A stretch of 64,000 bases of DNA from Paracoccaceae bacterium (GTDB lineage: Bacteria > Pseudomonadota > Alphaproteobacteria > Rhodobacterales > Rhodobacteraceae). This document shows, piece by piece, positions 28,948-40,110 of the stretch. The stretch's first letter is position 1. Every line of letters begins with the position of its first letter. The position numbers and the translations under genes were made by a program. Below the pieces are notes generated by a model that did no database searches, had not been told where the DNA came from, and saw only the letters and a list, made by a program, of their open reading frames with translations. The stretch is taken from the NCBI GenBank assembly GCA_014762635.1, contig JABURR010000079.1, positions 18,168 through 82,167 of the forward strand, in the 5' to 3' direction.

Positions 28948-30039
28948 TTAGTCTTTCTGATCTGGGTTTTGAACCGTTTTTTGCAAGGCTGCGACCTGCG
29001 CGAAGAGCCGCGGCAGGCGGCGAAGCGCCTTGTAGATTTCCACCTGCGTGTCCATCTTCATCGCCGGATAGCCCATCAGGACGCGTCCCGCCGGCGCGTT
29101 CGAGGTGATCTTCGTCCCGCCCGAGGCAATCACCCCGTCGCCCACGAAGATGTTGTCGTTCACACCAACTTGGCCACCCAAGACCACGTTGTTGCCCACG
29201 TTGGTGGATCCCGCGATGCCGACCTGCCCGCAGATCAGGCAATTGTCGCCGATCACCACGTTGTGGCCGAGATGCACGAGGTTATCGAGCTTGGTGCCAT
29301 TGCCGATCCGCGTGGCCCGAATGGTGCCGCGGTCGATGGCGCAGTTGGCGCCGATCTCCACATCATCGCCCAGAACCACGGCGCCGAGCGAGTTGATCCG
29401 CAGCCAGGGTTGCGCCTCGGCCGCGCCCTGGTCGCCCATCGTCTCGCGCGCCGATTCCACGCCGGATTTCTGCTCGGTCACGAAGGAAAAGCCGTCCGAT
29501 CCGATCGCGGCACCCGGTTGGCAGATGAAGCGGTCGCCAATCACGACGCGCGCGCCGATCCGAACGCCCGCATGGATCAGGGCATCCGCCCCGATCTCGA
29601 CCCCCTGCCCCAGTATCACATGGGCATCGATGCGGGCGTTTTCTCCGATGCGAACATCAGGTCCGACGACCACATAGGGACCGATCGCCGCGTTCGCGCC
29701 GATGCGTGCCGAAGGGTCGACCACCGCCGTGGGGTGAATCCCCGGCGCGATGGACGGGCCCGGGTCGAAGACATGGGTCAGGCGCGACATTGCGAAACGG
29801 GGACGCTCCACCAGGATCGCCGCTTCAAGACCGAATTTCTCCCAATCCGCGCCGCGCCAGAGAACCGCCGCCCGGGCCGAGCCTTCGGCAATCTTCTCCG
29901 CGAATTCCGGCCGCATGGCCAGCGCCAGAAGGTCCGGCCCCGCGTCGGCGGGTTCAGACGTTCCCGTTACGGAGATGGCCGTGTCGCCCGCGGCCTCGGC
30001 CCCAATCGCGTTGGCGATATCCTGGATCGAGAATTTCAT
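28948..30039 (-). CDS. lpxD: UDP-3-O-acylglucosamine N-acyltransferase
   Basis: 363 aa. N-terminal UDP-binding-like domain (MKFSIQDIANAIGAE) is followed by a long left-handed beta-helix of hexapeptide repeats and a C-terminal helix. Confidence 0.85.
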   Translation of the reverse strand: MKFSIQDIANAIGAEAAGDTAISVTGTSEPADAGPDLLALAMRPEFAEKIAEGSARAAVLWRGADWEKFGLEAAILVERPRFAMSRLTHVFDPGPSIAPGIHPTAVVDPSARIGANAAIGPYVVVGPDVRIGENARIDAHVILGQGVEIGADALIHAGVRIGARVVIGDRFICQPGAAIGSDGFSFVTEQKSGVESARETMGDQGAAEAQPWLRINSLGAVVLGDDVEIGANCAIDRGTIRATRIGNGTKLDNLVHLGHNVVIGDNCLICGQVGIAGSTNVGNNVVLGGQVGVNDNIFVGDGVIASGGTKITSNAPAGRVLMGYPAMKMDTQVEIYKALRRLPRLFAQVAALQKTVQNPDQKD

Positions 30040-30089
30040 GTCGTCCCCTTGTCGGGCGGCGGCCCGTGCCGCCCGCTTCGGGATACGTG

Positions 30090-31682
30090 TTAACTCCGAA
30101 CGCCGCGCAACTCCACCCCGGCGCGCGACAGCGCGTTGAAAATGCGCCCATCCCGCCCATAGACGTCGCGGCGGAAGTTGATCCGGCCCTGGGCGGGCGC
30201 GATGGCCGTCCGGTAGACGAGGTGAATCGGCACGGGATCATGCAGACCCACGACCTGTTCCATGCCCTGCTGACGGCGCTGCGCGAAATAGGCCTTGGGA
30301 TCGCGCTCCTGAGCGGACAAGAGCTCGTATGCGAAATCGAAAGGCTTGGCCACGCGGATGCAACCATGGCTGAAGGCCCGCACTTCGCGACCGAAATACT
30401 GCTTTTCCGGCGTGTCGTGCAGGTAGATGTTGTTCGCGTTGGGGAACATGAACTTCACCAACCCAAGGGCATTCCCGTCCGACGGCGGCTGCTTGAGGTC
30501 GAATGGAAAGGTCTCGGGCGTGTATTGCGTGAAGTCGATGCCTTCCCGGCTGATCGGGCGTCGGTTTTGATCGAGAAGCGTCAGGTGCCCGGCCGCCTGG
30601 GGGTTTTCCTGCATCAGCGGCAGGTATTCCTTCACCGCGATCGAGCGCGGCACGTTCCAGCTCGGGTTGATCACCATGTGATCCATGCTGTCCGAGAATT
30701 CCGGGCTGCGCCAATCGTCGCGGTTGGCGCCGATCACCGTATCGCTTTCGAAGACGACCTTGCGGCCCTCGATCACCTGGACCGAGAAATCCGGCAGGTT
30801 GACCCAGATGTGCCGGTCGCCCCGGTCGTAGTTCATCCAGCGTTCCCGCTCCATCGCGACGATGATTGATGCAAGGCGCTGTTCCGGCTCGACGTTGATT
30901 TCCTGGATGGTTCCGGGACCCGCTACACCATCCGGGGCAAGGCCGTGGTCCTCCTGAAAAGCACGCACGGCATCTTCGATCGCCTTGCCGTAGCTCTGGC
31001 TCGAGGAGCGGTTCAGGTATCCCATGGCGATCAGGCGATTGCGCAGCGACACGACGTTGGCACCACTCTCACCCGGCCGGATCATGCGGCCCGAAACCTT
31101 CGGGCCCCATCCGCCGCGCCCGATAACACGCTCCATGTCGAGCTTGGCCTTCAGCAGCCGCTCGTACTCCGGGTGCTGCGGCGGCAGGCCGCGGAAGAAT
31201 GCCTTGGGCGAGTTCTTGGCAAAGACCGAGAGCGTCTCGAACCGGCTCCGCATCGGGCGATCACGCTTGATATCCGAGATCACCCGCTCGGGATCCAGGA
31301 TGCCGGACTGCATGTCCTCGGCATATTCCAGGAAGAGCTGGCTCAACCGGACCTCGATCCGGCCCAATTCCCGCTCCGACTGCACACGGCGCAGGTTCTC
31401 GCGCAGCGGGTCAAGGTCGTAGGTGCTGGCGGGAAGCCCGTGATCCCCGGCCGCTTCCAACGCATCAAGCAGCGCTTCGCGCCGCTGCTTGTCCCGACGG
31501 CCATTGCCTGTCCAGATCGGCTGGTACCCGTTGGCGCGATAGAACTGTGCGACGGCGCGGTCGCCCGAGGCGGCCTCGGCGACCCCCTGCATGAAACCAG
31601 TCACCTGCGACTGCGCAGATTGCGCAACGGAAATAAACAAAACAGCAGCAACTGCCGCAACACGTCCTGAAATGCGAAGCAT
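30090..31682 (-). CDS. L,D-transpeptidase family protein (YcbB-like)
   Basis: 530 aa with a signal peptide and a peptidoglycan-binding-like segment (LGYL ... AVRAFQEDHGLAPDGVAGPGT). YkuD catalytic motif is HDTP ... SHGCIRV. Confidence 0.85.
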   Translation of the reverse strand: MLRISGRVAAVAAVLFISVAQSAQSQVTGFMQGVAEAASGDRAVAQFYRANGYQPIWTGNGRRDKQRREALLDALEAAGDHGLPASTYDLDPLRENLRRVQSERELGRIEVRLSQLFLEYAEDMQSGILDPERVISDIKRDRPMRSRFETLSVFAKNSPKAFFRGLPPQHPEYERLLKAKLDMERVIGRGGWGPKVSGRMIRPGESGANVVSLRNRLIAMGYLNRSSSQSYGKAIEDAVRAFQEDHGLAPDGVAGPGTIQEINVEPEQRLASIIVAMERERWMNYDRGDRHIWVNLPDFSVQVIEGRKVVFESDTVIGANRDDWRSPEFSDSMDHMVINPSWNVPRSIAVKEYLPLMQENPQAAGHLTLLDQNRRPISREGIDFTQYTPETFPFDLKQPPSDGNALGLVKFMFPNANNIYLHDTPEKQYFGREVRAFSHGCIRVAKPFDFAYELLSAQERDPKAYFAQRRQQGMEQVVGLHDPVPIHLVYRTAIAPAQGRINFRRDVYGRDGRIFNALSRAGVELRGVRS

Positions 31683-32006
31683 CGTTTCCCTCGTGCCTGA
31701 ACCCTGCTTTCACTAGTAGCCCAGCGCGATGCGCCTGTAGAGGGCGAGAGGGATCACAATCAGGATATCTGGGCTTTCGATCCGATATTCGTGGCCCGGT
31801 GTTACCTTGATGCAACGGCAACGCTTGACGTCGTCAACCAGCCGAGACCAGTCCAATTCGGCAGAAACCTGCCAATTTCGCCCCGTTTCCGCGGGGGTAG
31901 CAAGAAACAATTTGGCCTATGATTCGCATTATGTCATAAAGGCTGTCGAATTGGGGAAGGGTTCTGTCAACGGCGCAATTAATGCGCGCAGGGACCTGAT
32001 ACAGGA

Positions 32007-32591
32007 ATGACACGGAAGCATATGGGACAGAACAGCACGACAGGCATGTCACGGCGCGCCTTGCTTGGCGCCTTTGCGGCGACGGCAGTTTCGGCTGCGC
32101 CGACCTATGCGAACGCGTTCGGCCTGCTCCGCGGGGCCGGTGATATTCGGCGCATTCGCCTCTACTCGGGCCGCACCGGCGAGCGGGTGGACACGATCTA
32201 CTGGATCGAAGGCCAATATATCGATGAGGCCTTGGCAGAGATCACGCATTTCATGCGCGACTGGCGGAATGGTCAGAAGATGACCATCGACCGGCGCACG
32301 ATCGACATCATGGCCGCCTCGTACAATATGCTCGAGGTCAACGAACCTTTCATCCTGCTCTCGGGTTACCGCAGCCCGCAGACCAACGCGATGCTGCGCA
32401 ATCGGTCCTCCGGCGTTGCGCGGAACTCGCTGCACATGGAAGGACAGGCCGCCGACCTGCGCCTTCAGTCGCGCAGTGTCAGCCAGATCGCCAGCGCCGC
32501 GCGCGCCTTTGGGTCGGGCGGTGTAGGCAAGTACACCCGGTCCGGCTTCGTCCACATGGACTGCGGCCCGGTACGTACCTGGGGTCGGTAA
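32007..32591 (+). CDS. DUF882 / peptidase M15A family protein (YcbK/MepK-like), Tat signal
   Basis: Contains SRRALLGAFAATAVSAAPTYANA and SGYRSP ... SLHMEGQAADL ... FVHMD zinc-peptidase-like motifs. Start is at 32007, 32022 or 32046. Confidence 0.8.
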   Translation: MTRKHMGQNSTTGMSRRALLGAFAATAVSAAPTYANAFGLLRGAGDIRRIRLYSGRTGERVDTIYWIEGQYIDEALAEITHFMRDWRNGQKMTIDRRTIDIMAASYNMLEVNEPFILLSGYRSPQTNAMLRNRSSGVARNSLHMEGQAADLRLQSRSVSQIASAARAFGSGGVGKYTRSGFVHMDCGPVRTWGR

Positions 32592-32992
32592 GGTCAATTC
32601 TGCCAAGATGGCTCGGCGATGCCTGCGAGGGCTGGGCAATGTCTGACTGGGATGGCCTGAAGGCAATCCGATCAGCTTGAACAGGGAACGCGGCGCTCGA
32701 ATAATAGCGAAGATTCTGTGGCTGGTTCTCGATCGCTTTGCGGTCCCGGGATCTCTCCGATCCTTGATCTCTTTTCACCGGTTGAAGTAATCTAGTCCGC
32801 GTAAATCTCGCCCAACTGCCCCAAGAGAAAATGGACGGGATGCGCACGCGTCGCAGGATAGTCCGGCGGCTTTCCGCTATCCCCGAGCGACACGTAGAGG
32901 GGTCAGGGAAGCAGGAATGGGATTACCGTGCTGGATAGGATATGAAATTCCAAAAGAACGCATATCCTCAGACAAATTCCTTGAGGTAGAGA

Positions 32993-33553
32993 TTGAAAGT
33001 TTCCCAGACCGCCCTGCCGGATGTGCTCCTGATCGAACCGCACCGGTTCAGCGATACACGCGGTTGGTTCACTGAAAGCTGGAACCGGCGCGACTTCGCG
33101 AAGGTTGGGATCGACGTGGAGTTCGTGCAGGACAATCACTCTCTGTCCTCCGCGCCCGGCACTCTGCGCGGGCTGCACTATCAGGCACCGCCCCATGCGC
33201 AGGACAAGCTGGTACGCTGTACGCGCGGGGCGATCCTGGACGTGGCCGTGGACGCGCGAGTGGGCTCTTCCTTCTATGGAAAGTATGTCTCCGTCGAGTT
33301 GAGTGCCGACAATGGTCGGCTGCTCTTTGTACCCAAGGGTTTCCTGCACGGGTTCCTGACGCTGCAACCCGACACCGAAATCCAGTACAAGTGCTCGGAT
33401 TACTATGCGCCGGACTGCGACGGTTCCGTGCGCTGGGACAGTCTCGGGATCGACTGGGGCCTTCAGGGGGAACCGGTGCTATCGGAGAAAGACGCCGTCG
33501 CGCCAGCCTTCAGTGACTGGCTGTCCTCCTTCACCTGGGAGGGGGCGCCATGA
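32993..33553 (+). CDS. rfbC: dTDP-4-dehydrorhamnose 3,5-epimerase
   Basis: 186 aa. TTG start is preceded by GAGG. Contains [17 protein letters not shown] and GTLRGLHYQ motifs. Confidence 0.9.
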   Translation: MKVSQTALPDVLLIEPHRFSDTRGWFTESWNRRDFAKVGIDVEFVQDNHSLSSAPGTLRGLHYQAPPHAQDKLVRCTRGAILDVAVDARVGSSFYGKYVSVELSADNGRLLFVPKGFLHGFLTLQPDTEIQYKCSDYYAPDCDGSVRWDSLGIDWGLQGEPVLSEKDAVAPAFSDWLSSFTWEGAP

Positions 33554-34590
33554 AGATCCTCGTCACCGGGGGCGCCGGGTTCATCGGCTCCGCCGTTGTG
33601 CGACAGGCCGTGCGGGACGGGCATGTCGTGATCAATCTCGACGCGCTGACCTATGCGGCCAACCTCGCGAACGTGGCCGAGGTGGCGGATTCTCCACTCT
33701 ACGCCTTCGAGAAGACCGATATCCGCGACCGGGGTGCGCTTGATGCGATCTTCGCGCGTCACCGGCCCGACGCCGTGATGCACCTTGCCGCCGAAAGCCA
33801 CGTGGACCGATCCATCGACGGACCGGCCGATTTCATCGAGACAAACCTGCTGGGCACCTTCAACCTGCTGGAGGCCACGCGTGCTTTCTGGGTACGGAAG
33901 GGGCGCCCCGAGGGTTTCCGCTTCCACCACATCTCGACCGATGAAGTCTATGGCTCGCTCGGGCCCGAGGGGCAGTTCACCGAGGCGACTCCCTACACGC
34001 CCAACAGCCCCTATTCGGCCTCGAAGGCAGGCTCCGATCACTTGGTGCGCGCCTGGCATGCGACCTACGGCCTGCCAGTCGTTCTGACGAATTGCTCGAA
34101 CAACTACGGCCCCTTTCACTTCCCCGAGAAGCTGATCCCCGTGGTGATCCTGAACGGTCTGCATGGGCGCGAGATTCCCGTCTACGGGCGCGGTGAGAAC
34201 ATCCGGGACTGGCTCTACGTGGAGGATCACGCGGATGCATTGCTGACGGTGCTGGCCCGGGGGCAGGTCGGGCGAAGCTACAATATCGGCGGCGAGAACG
34301 AGGCCAAGAACATCGACCTTGTGCGCATGATCTGCGCGATCCTCGACGATCGGCACCCCAACGGGGCGCCGCATGACCGCCTGATCCGCTTCGTCGAGGA
34401 CCGCCCGGGCCATGACTTGCGCTATGCCATCGATCCCGGGAGGATCCGCCGCGAACTCGGCTGGCGCCCCACGGTGACCTTGCGCGAAGGTTTGGAGCGA
34501 ACCGTCGACTGGTACCTTGCGAACGAGGCTTGGTGGCGCCCGCTTCTGTCCCGCGATGGCGTGGGCCAGCGGCTGGGTGTAGGCCGATGA
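33550..34590 (+). CDS. rfbB: dTDP-glucose 4,6-dehydratase
   Basis: 346 aa. Contains [14 protein letters not shown] and the [15 protein letters not shown] catalytic motif. ATGA overlap with rfbC. Confidence 0.95.
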   Translation: MKILVTGGAGFIGSAVVRQAVRDGHVVINLDALTYAANLANVAEVADSPLYAFEKTDIRDRGALDAIFARHRPDAVMHLAAESHVDRSIDGPADFIETNLLGTFNLLEATRAFWVRKGRPEGFRFHHISTDEVYGSLGPEGQFTEATPYTPNSPYSASKAGSDHLVRAWHATYGLPVVLTNCSNNYGPFHFPEKLIPVVILNGLHGREIPVYGRGENIRDWLYVEDHADALLTVLARGQVGRSYNIGGENEAKNIDLVRMICAILDDRHPNGAPHDRLIRFVEDRPGHDLRYAIDPGRIRRELGWRPTVTLREGLERTVDWYLANEAWWRPLLSRDGVGQRLGVGR

Positions 34591-35450
34591 GGCTGCTGGT
34601 CTTCGGTCGAACCGGGCAAGTGGCCCGGGAACTGGAGCGGCGCCTGCCTGCAAGGTGGGAGGCCGTCTTTCTGGACCGCGCCTCGGCTGACCTGTCGGAT
34701 CCGGAGGCATGTGCCAGGATAGTTGCGAGCGCCAAAGCAGAGGCCATCATCAACGCCGCCGCCTGGAGCGATGTCGATGGTGCAGAAGCTCATGAGGCCG
34801 AGGCCCATGTGGTGAATGCCGAGGCGCCTACGGCAATGGCCCGGGCCGCAGCGACGCGCGGGTTGCCGTTCCTGCATGTCTCCAGCGACTATGTTTTCGA
34901 TGGGACAGGCCAAAATCCCTGGCGTGAAACCGACCCGACCGGCCCGCTCTCGGCTTACGGGCGCACGAAGGTCGCCGGAGAGGAGGCCATCCGCGTGGCA
35001 GGCGGGGCGCATGTGATCCTGCGCACGAGCTGGATCTTCTCGGCCCACGGCAAGAATTTCCTGAAGACCATGCTGCGACTTTCCGAAACCCGGGACAGTC
35101 TTTCCATCGTGGCCGACCAGATCGGCGGCCCGACCCCCGCATCAGCCATCGCCGAGGCTCTCCTAACCATGGCGGAGCGACTGGTTGGCGAGTCAACGCT
35201 TTCAGGGACCTACCACTTCGCCGGAGCCCCGGACGTCACCTGGGCCGATTTTGCCCGTGACATTTTCCGCAACGCCGGACGCAGGGTGACGGTCGAGGGG
35301 ATCGCTTCCAGCGCCTACCCGACATCCGTCCAGCGCCCCCCGAACTCTCGACTCGACTGCAGTCTGATCTGCGAGCGCTTTGGGATCAAACGGCCCGACT
35401 GGCAGTTGGCGGTCAAGGAAACCATTGAGGATTTGGGAGTTGAAAAATGA
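34587..35450 (+). CDS. rfbD: dTDP-4-dehydrorhamnose reductase
   Basis: Starts [16 protein letters not shown] at the ATG at 34587, in an ATGA overlap with the rfbB stop. Contains SSDYVFDG and YGRTK motifs. Confidence 0.9.
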   Translation: MRLLVFGRTGQVARELERRLPARWEAVFLDRASADLSDPEACARIVASAKAEAIINAAAWSDVDGAEAHEAEAHVVNAEAPTAMARAAATRGLPFLHVSSDYVFDGTGQNPWRETDPTGPLSAYGRTKVAGEEAIRVAGGAHVILRTSWIFSAHGKNFLKTMLRLSETRDSLSIVADQIGGPTPASAIAEALLTMAERLVGESTLSGTYHFAGAPDVTWADFARDIFRNAGRRVTVEGIASSAYPTSVQRPPNSRLDCSLICERFGIKRPDWQLAVKETIEDLGVEK

Positions 35451-36331
35451 GTGATACCGGGCGCAAGGGCATCATCCTGGCGGGCGGATCGGGAACCCGT
35501 CTCTACCCGGTAACCATGTGCGTGTCGAAACAGCTTTTGCCCATCTACGACAAGCCGATGATCTATTACCCGCTGTCGGCACTTATGCTGACCGGTATCC
35601 GCGAGATCGCGATCATCACAACCCCGGAGGATCAGGCCCAGTTCCAACGCCTCATGGGCGATGGGTCGCAATGGGGGCTAGAGTTCACGTGGCTGGTGCA
35701 GCCATCGCCCGATGGTCTGGCCCAGGCATATCTCATCGCCGAAGAGTTCCTTGCCGGCGCTTCCTCCGCACTTGTGCTGGGCGACAATATCTTCTTCGGC
35801 CACGGCCTGCCCGAGATCCTGGCGGCCGCAGATGCTCGGAGCACGGGCGGGACCATCTTCGGTTATCGCGTCGCGGACCCGGAGCGCTATGGCGTCGTCG
35901 ATTTCGATGCTGGTGGTCGCGCGCATGAGATCATCGAAAAACCCTCGCGCCCTCCATCGAATTACGCGGTCACCGGTCTCTATTTCCTCGATGGAACGGC
36001 GGCGGAACGCGCGGCCCAAATCACTCCCTCGTCCCGCGGAGAACTCGAGATCACGGATCTGCTGAACCTGTACCTCCGGGACGGCCTACTTTCCGTGGAA
36101 ACCATGGGGCGCGGCTATGCCTGGCTCGACACAGGCACACATGGAAGCCTTCTGGACGCTGCAAATTTCGTGCGTACGCTGACTCAGCGCCAGGGGCAGC
36201 AAGTCGGTAGCCCCGACGAGATTGCCTTCAGAAATGGTTGGATTTCTGCCGACGCGCTGGCGGATCGCGCCAAGCTCTTCGGGAAAAACGAATACGGTCG
36301 CTACTTGAGCGACATACGCGATGGTCGCTGA
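35447..36331 (+). CDS. rfbA: glucose-1-phosphate thymidylyltransferase
   Basis: 294 aa. Contains [19 protein letters not shown] overlap with rfbD. Confidence 0.95.
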   Translation: MSDTGRKGIILAGGSGTRLYPVTMCVSKQLLPIYDKPMIYYPLSALMLTGIREIAIITTPEDQAQFQRLMGDGSQWGLEFTWLVQPSPDGLAQAYLIAEEFLAGASSALVLGDNIFFGHGLPEILAAADARSTGGTIFGYRVADPERYGVVDFDAGGRAHEIIEKPSRPPSNYAVTGLYFLDGTAAERAAQITPSSRGELEITDLLNLYLRDGLLSVETMGRGYAWLDTGTHGSLLDAANFVRTLTQRQGQQVGSPDEIAFRNGWISADALADRAKLFGKNEYGRYLSDIRDGR

Positions 36332-36546
36332 GGCTTGGGGACGCGGTGACATCAACGGTCTATTCTGACTAACCGCATTGCGCGATCACCTGCAGGCCAC
36401 CCCGTAGGATCGCCGGACCAAAGCGCAGAATGCGGCGCATGGGGAAACTGCCTCTCTGACAAGTCGATTTTCCGTTTCTTAAGCATATTCCCGTCTCCAT
36501 GACCCGAACCCGGTTTTCAACCGGTGCGCCGAAGGAATGGAGCATC

Positions 36547-37667
36547 ATGGCAGGCTGCGCGCTTATCACCGGCATCACGGGGCAGGACGGGTCCTACCTT
36601 GCGGAGTTCCTGCTCGAGAAGGGCTACGAGGTGCATGGGATCAAGCGTCGCGCCTCGTCCTTCAACACCCAGCGGATCGACCAGATCTACCAGGACCCTC
36701 ATGCCACGAACCCGCAGCTGCGGCTGCATTATGGTGACCTGACCGACACCTCGAACCTCACGCGGATCATCCGCGAGGTGGCGCCGGACGAGATCTATAA
36801 TCTTGGCGCCCAGTCCCACGTGGCCGTCAGCTTCGAGGCGCCGGAATATACCGCCGACGTGGACGGGATGGGTACGCTGCGGATGCTCGAGGCGATCCGC
36901 TTCCTGGGGCTGGAGAAGAAGACGCGGTTCTACCAGGCCTCGACCTCGGAGCATACGGGTTGGTGCAGGAAATGCCGCAGCGCGAGACGACGCCCTTTCA
37001 CCCGCGCAGCCCCTACGCGGTCGCCAAGCTCTATTCCTACTGGATCACCGTGAACTACCGCGAGGCCTACGGGATCTACGCCTGCAACGGCATCCTCTTC
37101 AATCACGAGAGCCCGCGCCGGGGCGAGACTTTCGTCACGCGCAAGATCACCCGGGGGCTTGCCAATATTGCCCAGGGGCTCGAGGATTGCCTCTACATGG
37201 GCAATATCGACGCGTTGCGGGATTGGGGCCATGCAAAGGACTACGTGCGGATGCAGTGGATGATGCTGCAACAGGACAGGCCCGAGGATTTCGTGATCGC
37301 CACCGGCGAACAGCACTCCGTCCGCGATTTCATCCGTTGGTCGGCCGAAGACCTCGGGATCACGTTGCGCTTCGAGGGCGAAGGGTTGAGCGAGACCGCG
37401 GTGGTTGAGACGGTGACCGGCGCGGATGCCCCCGCAGTCAAACCCGGCGACGTGATCCTGCGCATCGATCCGCGCTACTTCCGCCCGGCGGAGGTTGAGA
37501 CACTGCTGGGCGATCCCTCGAAGGCCAAGGCAAAGCTTGGCTGGCAGCCACAAATCACCGCCCGTGAAATGTGCACCGAGATGGTGACCGAGGACCTTCG
37601 CATCGCGCGTCGCCACGCCCTGCTGAAAGAACACGGGCTGGACCTACCCGTGGCGATCGAGGGCTGA
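36547..37667 (+). pseudogene. gmd: GDP-mannose 4,6-dehydratase, frameshifted
   Basis: The N-terminal part ([19 protein letters not shown] ... RFYQASTSE) is in one frame. The rest ([26 protein letters not shown] ... [15 protein letters not shown]) is in the next frame. Only 2 nt lie between the GAG (Glu) and TAC (Tyr) codons at 36952-36953, where a Leu codon is expected. Confidence 0.85.
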
Positions 37668-37670
37668 GAG

Positions 37671-38627
37671 ATGCGGATCTTCCTCGCCGGGCATCGCGGT
37701 ATGGTGGGCGGTGCGATCCTGCGCAGGCTGGAGGCCGAGGGCGGGCATGAACTGCTGACCCGAAGCCATGAAGACCTTGACCTGATCGACCAGGCCGCGG
37801 TGCGCGCCTTCATGGCCCGAGAGCGACCCGATGCGGTAATCCTTGCTGCAGCCAAGGTGGGTGGCATCCAGGCCAACAACAGCTACCCGGCCGAGTTCAT
37901 CTACGAGAACCTGATGATCGAGGCCAATGTCATCCACCAGGCCTTCGCGACGGGGGTGGAGAAGCTTTTGTTTCTAGGTTCCTCCTGCATCTATCCGCGC
38001 CTCGCACCGCAGCCCATGGCCGAGGCCGCGCTGCTGACCGGGACACTCGAGCCCACGAACGAGCCCTATGCCATCGCCAAGATCGCGGGGATCAAACTCT
38101 GCGAGAGCTACAACCGGCAATACGGGAGCGACTACCGCTCGGTCATGCCCACGAACCTCTACGGTCCGGGCGACAACTTCCACCCCGAGAACAGTCACGT
38201 TCTGCCCGCCCTCATCCGCCGTTTCGACGAGGCGGTGCGAGAGGGTCGCGAGGAGGTCGTGATCTGGGGCAGCGGCACCCCGCGACGCGAGTTTCTGCAC
38301 GTGGACGACATGGCCGCGGGCGCGCTCTTCGTGATGAACCTGCCGAAAGACCGCTATGCGGCGGTCACCGACCCAATGTTGAGCCACATCAACCTTGGGA
38401 CGGGCGAGGATATCAGCATCCGGGAACTGGCAGAACTGGTTGCCGGGGTGACGGGCTTCACCGGCAAGATCACCTGCGACACCTCGAAACCCGACGGCAC
38501 CCCGCGCAAGCTGATGGACGTCTCGCGACTGAGCGAAATGGGATGGCGGGCCGTAATCGGCCTCGAGGACGGTATCCGCTCGACCTATGACTGGTATCTG
38601 GCCAATATCGACCATGTGCGGGGATAG
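37671..38627 (+). CDS. fcl: GDP-L-fucose synthase
   Basis: 318 aa. Contains [23 protein letters not shown] and YAIAKIAG motifs. Intact. Confidence 0.9.
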   Translation: MRIFLAGHRGMVGGAILRRLEAEGGHELLTRSHEDLDLIDQAAVRAFMARERPDAVILAAAKVGGIQANNSYPAEFIYENLMIEANVIHQAFATGVEKLLFLGSSCIYPRLAPQPMAEAALLTGTLEPTNEPYAIAKIAGIKLCESYNRQYGSDYRSVMPTNLYGPGDNFHPENSHVLPALIRRFDEAVREGREEVVIWGSGTPRREFLHVDDMAAGALFVMNLPKDRYAAVTDPMLSHINLGTGEDISIRELAELVAGVTGFTGKITCDTSKPDGTPRKLMDVSRLSEMGWRAVIGLEDGIRSTYDWYLANIDHVRG

Positions 38628-38671
38628 CACCGCCGAAACGATTTCTCAGGAATTCGGGACGAAAAAGACGC

Positions 38672-40110
38672 ATGAATACCAACATGATCTATCCCGTTCT
38701 TCTGGCCGGCGGCTCCGGCACCCGGCTGTGGCCGCTGTCGCGCAAGTCATACCCCAAGCAGTTCGCGCGGCTGATGGGCGAAGAAAGCCTGTTCCAGGGC
38801 TCGGCGCGGCGGCTCTCGGCGCCGGGCTTCGCGCCCCCCATGGTCGTCACGGCGGATCCCTTCCGGTTCATCGTGACCGAGCAACTCGCCGCCGTGGAGA
38901 CCGGCGCGGAGGCGGTCCTGATCGAACCCGAGCCGCGCAATACGGCCCCCGCCGTGGCGGTGGCGGCGCTCTCGATCCACGCGCGCGATCCCGAAGGGCT
39001 CATGTTGATCGCGCCCTCGGACCATGTCATCCCCGACGGAGAGGGATTCCGCGCTGCTGTCATGGCGGCCTCAGACCGTGCCCGATCGGGCGATATCGTG
39101 ACCTTCGGGATTACACCAACCCAACCCGACCCGAGACCGGCTATGGATACCTGGAACTTGCGAAAGGGGCAGATCCCGCCGCAGCGGCGCCACAGGCGCT
39201 CGCCCGTTTCGTCGAAAAGCCGGATGCTGGGCGGGCCGCAGCGATGCTGTCCGACGGGCGCTATCTCTGGAACGCCGGGATCTTCCTCGCCTCGGCAGCC
39301 ACGATGCTCGACGCCTACAAGGCGCATGCACCGGACCTCTTGGGTCACGCGAGGGCGTCTCTCGGCGCCGCGCAAATGGATCTTGGCTTCACCCGGCTTA
39401 ATCCCGAATCTTGGGCCAAGCTTGAGGACATCTCTATCGACTACGGCATCATGGAGAAGGCAACGAACCTCGCGGTCATGCCCTATCATGGCCACTGGTC
39501 CGACCTCGGCGGGTGGGAAGCCGTCTGGCAGGAAAGCACCCCCGATGACAGCGGTACGGTCGCGTCGGGCGGTGCACTGGCCATCGACTGCCGCGACACG
39601 CTTCTCAGAAGTGACGACGGCAGGCAGAGGATCGTCGGGATCGGCCTCGAGGACATCGTCGCCATCGCCATGCCCGATGCAGTCCTTGTCACGCGGAAAT
39701 CGCAATCGCAGCGCGCGAAGGAAGCGGTCGCGGCCCTGCTGGCAAAGGGGGCCGAGCAGGCCGTTCAGTTCACCGTGGATCACCGCCCCTGGGGGCATTT
39801 CGAAAGCCTCGCGCGTGGGCCCCGTTTCCAGGTGAAACGGATCGTGGTCAAACCGGGGGCCGCGCTTTCTTTGCAGTCACACCACCATCGCGCGGAACAC
39901 TGGATCGTGGTCGAGGGGACCGCCAAGGTCACCATCGGCGACACCGAGCATCTCCTCGCCGAAAACCAGTCGGTCTACGTGCCGCTCGGCGCCGTGCACC
40001 GCCTGGAGAACCCCGGCAAGGTCGACGTCGTCATGATCGAGGTCCAGACCGGGAGTTACCTGGGCGAGGACGACATCATCCGGTACGAGGATGTCTACGC
40101 CCGTGGGTGA
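38672..40110 (+). pseudogene. manC: mannose-1-phosphate guanylyltransferase / mannose-6-phosphate isomerase, frameshifted
   Basis: The N-terminal part ([17 protein letters not shown] ... IVTFGITPT) is in one frame. The rest (RPETGYGYLEL ... cupin QSHHHRAEHWIVVEGTAKV ... EDDIIRYEDVYAR) is in another frame. The junction is a tandem AACCC AACCC at 39118-39127. Confidence 0.85.

Noticed and set aside
36949-39127. Programmed ribosomal frameshifting as an explanation for the split gmd and manC genes.
   Set aside because: No slippery heptamer, no downstream pseudoknot-like structure, and no precedent for these enzymes. The lesions are a simple 1-nt loss and a 5-bp tandem duplication.
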